From: Centroscyllium fabricii
Lineage: Eukaryota
DNA: 64,000 nucleotides
Direction of reading: 5' to 3'
NCBI GenBank assembly: GCA_051313645.2
Contig: JBNRSN020000003.1
Coordinates: 370,450,001 to 370,514,000 of the forward strand
Part shown: piece after piece, positions 59,830 to 64,000 of the stretch
How the letters are laid out: the number at the start of each line of letters is the position of its first letter
Numbering within the stretch: the stretch's first letter is position 1
The notes under the pieces: generated by a model
The model's input: only the letters and a program-made list of their open reading frames with translations
Database searches by the model: none
What the model was told of the DNA's origin: nothing
Translations under genes and position numbers: made by a program

Positions 59830-61360
59830 TATATCCAAGGATTCTCTGGGAAGCGAGGAACGAAATCGCAGAGCCACTGACCTCTATCTTTAGTTCCTCG
59901 CTATCCTCGGGGATAGTCCCTGAGGACTGGAGAGAGGCGAATGTGGTTCCCATATTTAAAAAGGGGAGCAGGGACGTGCCAGGGAACTACAGACCAGTCA
60001 GCCTTACCTCGGTGGTCGGAAAGGTGATGGAAATGGTCCTGAGGGACAGGATCTACAACCATCTAGAAAGGGGCAAATTAATCAGGAGCAGTCAGCACGG
60101 ATTCGTTAAGGGCAAATCGTGCCTGACCAACCTGATAGAATTCTTTGAAGAGGTGACCAAGTGTGTAGACGAGGGAAAGGCAGTTGATGTCATATATATG
60201 GACTTCAGCAAGGCGTTCGACAAGGTCCCGCACGGTCGACTCATGAAGAAAGTAAGGAGTTGCGGGGTAAACAACGAAGTGGTGGGATGGATTGAGAACT
60301 GGCTGGCTCAGAGGAAGCAGAGGGTAGTGGTAGAGGGCCAATACTCGGGTTGGAGACCGGTCACCAGTGGGGTACCACAGGGGTCGGTGTTGGGGCCACT
60401 ACTATTTGTAATCTTTATCAATGACTTGGAGGAGGGGACTGAGGGGTGGGTCAGCAAATTTGCGGATGACACAAAGATCGGGGGAGTAGTGGATGAGGAG
60501 GAAGGAAGTAGCAAGATTCAGAGGGATATAGATAGGATGCAGAGCTGGGCTGAAGAATGGCAAATGGAGTTCAACACGGGGAAATGCGAGGTGATGCACT
60601 TCGGTAGGGCAAATAGGAAGAGGGAATATAGGGTCAACGGCAGGGTCCTGAGTGAAGCAGAGGAACAAAGGGATCTGGGAGTATATGTACACAGATCATT
60701 GAAGGCTGCCACCCAGGTGGACAAGGCAGTAAAGAAGGCCTATGGTGTATTGGCCTTCATCAACAGGGGAATAGAGTTTATGAACCGGGAGGTCATGCTA
60801 CAGCTGTACAGGTCACTGGTGAGACCACACTTGGAGTACTGTATGCAGTTCTGGGCACCGTACTACAGGAGGGATGTGGAGGCGCTGGAGAGGGTGCAGA
60901 GGAGATTCACCAGATGCTGCCGGGAATGGGGGGAAAGTCGTACGAGGAGAGTTTGAGGGAGCTGGGACTCTTCTCCCTGGAATGGAGAAGGAAGAGGGGG
61001 GACTTAATAGAGATGTTTAAAATGATGAAGGGGATCGATAGAGTAAACGTGCAGAGACTGTTTCCCCGGGTGGGAAGAACGATAACAAGAGGGCACGAGC
61101 ACGAGCACAAGATTCAAGGAAGAAGATTCAGAAGTGATGGCAGGGGTAAGTTCTTTACGCAGAGAGTGGTCGGGGAATGGAATAGGCTACCATCTGAAAT
61201 AGTGGATGTGGACAGTCTGGGTGCTTTTAAAAGGATGATAGATAGGTACATGGAGGGGAAGGAAGAGTAGGGGGGACAGAAAAAAATCAGAGACGGACTA
61301 AGCGCGGCACTACATTGAGGGCCCAAGGGCCTGTACAGTGCTGTATGTTCTATGTTCTAT
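59830..61360 (+). mobile_element. CR1 subfamily C 3' portion (RT to tail)
   Basis: IYPRILWEARNEIAEPL..FADDTK..; (TATGTTC)n tail. Confidence 0.92.
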
Positions 61361-62500
61361 AGAAAGGAACTTTTTCCCTTAGTAGAGGGGTCAATAACCA
61401 GGGGGCATAGTTTCAAGGTAAGGGGCAGGAGGTTTAGTGGGGATCTAAGGAAGAACTTTTTCACCCAGAGGGTGTTTGGAAAATGGAACTCACTGCCTGA
61501 AAGGGTGGTAGAGGCAGGAACCCTCACAACATTCAAGAAGCATTTGGATGAGCACTTGAGATGCCATAGCATAAAAGGCTACGGACCAAGTGCAGAAAAA
61601 TGGGATTAGAATAGACAGGGCTTGATGGCTGGCGTGGACACGATGGGCCGAAGGGCCTCTTTCTGTGCTGTATTACTCTATGACTCTAAGAGCAGGGAAG
61701 ATCTCCCTGGTGTCCTGGCCAATATCTATCCCTCAATCAACATCACTAAAACAGATTGTCTGATCATTATCTTGTTGCAGTTTGTGGGACCGGACTACAC
61801 AAATTGACGACCGCATTTCCTACATTACAACAGCAACTACAATTCAAAAGTACTTAATTGGCAGTAAAGGGGTTTGGGACGTCACGAGGATGTGAAAGGT
61901 GCTATATACATAAGAACATAAGAAATAGGAGCAGGAGTAGGCCAATCGGCCCCTCGAGCCTGCTCTGCCACCCAACAAGATCATGGCTGATCTGATCCTA
62001 ACCTCAAATCTATTTTCACTCTCCATCCCCCCCAAACCCATGTGATCACCCGGGAGAGGCGAAAAAACAGATAAAAAACTCAGTGGCCAATTTGGGAGAA
62101 AAAATCTGGGAAATTCCTCTCCGACCCATCTAGACGATCGAAAACTGGTCCAGGAGATCACATGGCCGAGCTGAACCTAGCCTCATGTCCACTTACCTGC
62201 CCACTCACCATAACCCCTAATTCCCTTTATTTCCAGGAAACTGTCTATCTCTGTTTTAAATTTATTCAATGTAGTAGCTTCCACAGCTCTCTGGGGCAGC
62301 AAATTCCACAGCCCCACCACCCTCTGAGTGAAGAAGTTTCTCCTCATCTCAGTTTTGAAATGGCAGCCCCTTATTTTAAGATTATGCCCCCTAGTCCTAG
62401 TTTCACCCACCATTGGGAACATCATCACCGCATCCACCCGATCAAGCCCTCTCACAATCTTATATGTTTCAATAAGATCGCCTCTCATTCTTCTGAACTA
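61361..62500. mobile_element. CR1 3' fragment (+, to ~61687), Deu-SINE tail (+) and nested CR1 3' fragment (-, 61909-62488) carrying the UTR module
   Basis: ORFs 61352-61609 and 62183-62488; SINE tail GCTATATA|TATAAATGCA split by the insertion. Confidence 0.85.
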
Positions 62501-62769
62501 TAAATGCAACAGATACAGACATGAGGTGAGGAAATCCCCCAGTAGTGGAGCGCTAAGTTCCAAAGTCACCTTGCATGTCCAATCCATGCTACACTTAGCA
62601 CATCATTTCTCAAAGTGCTCATAATGCATCCCAAAATGTTATTTTCTGGAAGAAATCCAACTTAAATGATACAGTTTAAAAAAAATCAATGCATTGACAT
62701 TGGATATTAAAAAGTTATACCCTCCTTTGATAAAATAGCCTTGGATTCCACGCTCTGCGTTTCTCTTAT

Positions 62770-63640
62770 TCCTGGCTGACGGGCTGGAGGGTATTTTCTG
62801 CAGGATTTTCTGCCCTTCCTCCTGCAGCACTTTGTACAGGAGGCCTCGCTGGTTCCAGGGAACGTAGGACTTCACAACCAGCGACGCTTCGTCCAGCCGC
62901 AGGCGGTGATGTAGTCCAGGGCCGTGAGGTAGTGGTTCCCAGCCAGCATTCGCACCAGGCCCCGGCCGCACATGGCCTTGACGCAGCTCCCGGGGTGCGG
63001 CAGCTCGTGCTCCAAGATGGCCTGGAAGTCCTCGAGGGCCCGCGTGTGGTGGCCGGCGTGGAGGTGGCAGAAGCCGCACAGCACCAGGATGGTGTTGTGG
63101 TAGGTGGTCCGATCGGAAGTGAGCAGGCACTGGCACAGCAGGAGGGAGCCCCCGGCGTCGCCCGGCAGCAGCTTGCAGTTGGCCAGGCGGATCCGCAGGT
63201 CGCGTCGGGCCTCGGGCTCCATGTTGAGCACCAAGCCGAGCGCTTCCAGGACAGGCTGGAGGAGGTCGGCTCCGCCGTCAGATCTCAGCTCGGCAGCGCA
63301 CCACCTCCTTGTACTTGGCAAACTGGGCCTCGATGAACCGCTTGGCCTGATTGACCATGACGCCAGCGCTGAAGAACTGCTTGAAGTGTTTCCTAGCGAG
63401 ACCCGGGCAGCTCTTGAAGGCCGAGGCAAGGTCGTGAATCACCTCCCTCAGGCGGTTGCCCATGGCGAAGTGGGCGGCGGCCCGGCCAATGAGGAGCCAA
63501 GCCTTCTCCTCAGACTCGGGCTCGGCGGCCAGGCGCGCCAACAGCTCGAGCCCCGTGCTGCACTTTGCCGCACTTTCCGCAAACCGCCGCTCTCCCAGCA
63601 GGCGCATGGCGCACGCCCGATATGCGCTGATGTCGGGCTG
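62770..63640 (-). pseudogene. TTC34: TTC34-like TPR-protein coding fragment with two frameshifts, antisense within the ABCA2 intron
   Basis: Three overlapping frames join into a helical TPR-type protein: WLLIGRAAAHF..DLASAF.. / YHNTILVLCGFCHLHAG..ALEDFQAILEH..CVKAMCGRGLVRML..LTALDYIT / KSYVPWNQRGLL; gene name from recall, not from a search. Confidence 0.7.
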
Positions 63641-63754
63641 CCACTGATCGGCGCCAATCGCGGGACGAGCCGTCGGCGTGCATCCCTCAGTGCTATTGCC
63701 GGACCTGGCCACTGCGCAGGCACCGGGAGGCGCAACTCGGGTCATGTCCCGGTT

Positions 63755-63830
63755 GGGCAAGCGCGATTTTCTTTTGCTTGCCCGACGGCGCATTTTGCTT
63801 GCCCCGGGCAAGCGGTTTTGTCGCGCCCTG
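63755..63830 (-). mobile_element. Putative hAT-type transposon terminus
   Basis: Begins CAGGGCGCGACAAAA at 63830 on -; four subterminal GCTTGCCC/GGGCAAGC repeats in both orientations. Confidence 0.5.
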
Positions 63831-64000
63831 TTATTTTTAAAAATGAGATGTTTAAAAAATATATATTTTTAGGTTTATTGTGGTTTTGGGGCTGTGGTAT
63901 TCATAAGTTTGACAGGTCTTCCTGTCAAACTTATGAATGGAGCATTCTTTGCTCCGATTGGGTCCCCGCGGACCACGTGATCCCGCGGGAAACTTCGCAC
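63831..64000 (-). mobile_element. Family X TIR element copy 5 (partial, runs off the window)
   Basis: Matches ~19670-19840; perfect 18-bp palindrome arms at 63899-63938. Confidence 0.85.

Overview
Eukaryotic, repeat-dominated genomic DNA, almost certainly from a cartilaginous fish (HE1/V-SINEs, Deu-domain SacSINE1-like SINEs, HER1-like CR1 LINEs). The only host gene I recognise is ABCA2 on the + strand, with three consecutive coding exons (46815-47033, 49962-50278, 57646-57805). The rest appears to be intron filled with nested transposons: several CR1 subfamilies, a second CR1/L2-group LINE, RTE, L2, Penelope ends with minimal hammerhead motifs, a near-complete CsRn1-like Gypsy provirus, a rearranged Gypsy, solo LTRs, two decayed PIF/Harbinger elements and several MITE families. 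Four observations stand out. (i) An optional ~120-nt structured RNA cassette with a compensatory base change and paired U-rich loops (ENE-like) sits in the 3' UTR of three CR1 copies. (ii) A frameshifted TTC34-like coding fragment is fused to a hAT-like terminus, suggesting transposon gene capture. (iii) An almost intact tRNA-Gly was retroposed with a CR1-type tail and TSD. (iv) Near-identical inverted CR1 segments bracket an in-frame 696-nt ABCA2 exon block. All family names come from sequence recognition; no database search was run, and fragment boundaries are approximate unless a TSD/TIR is quoted.
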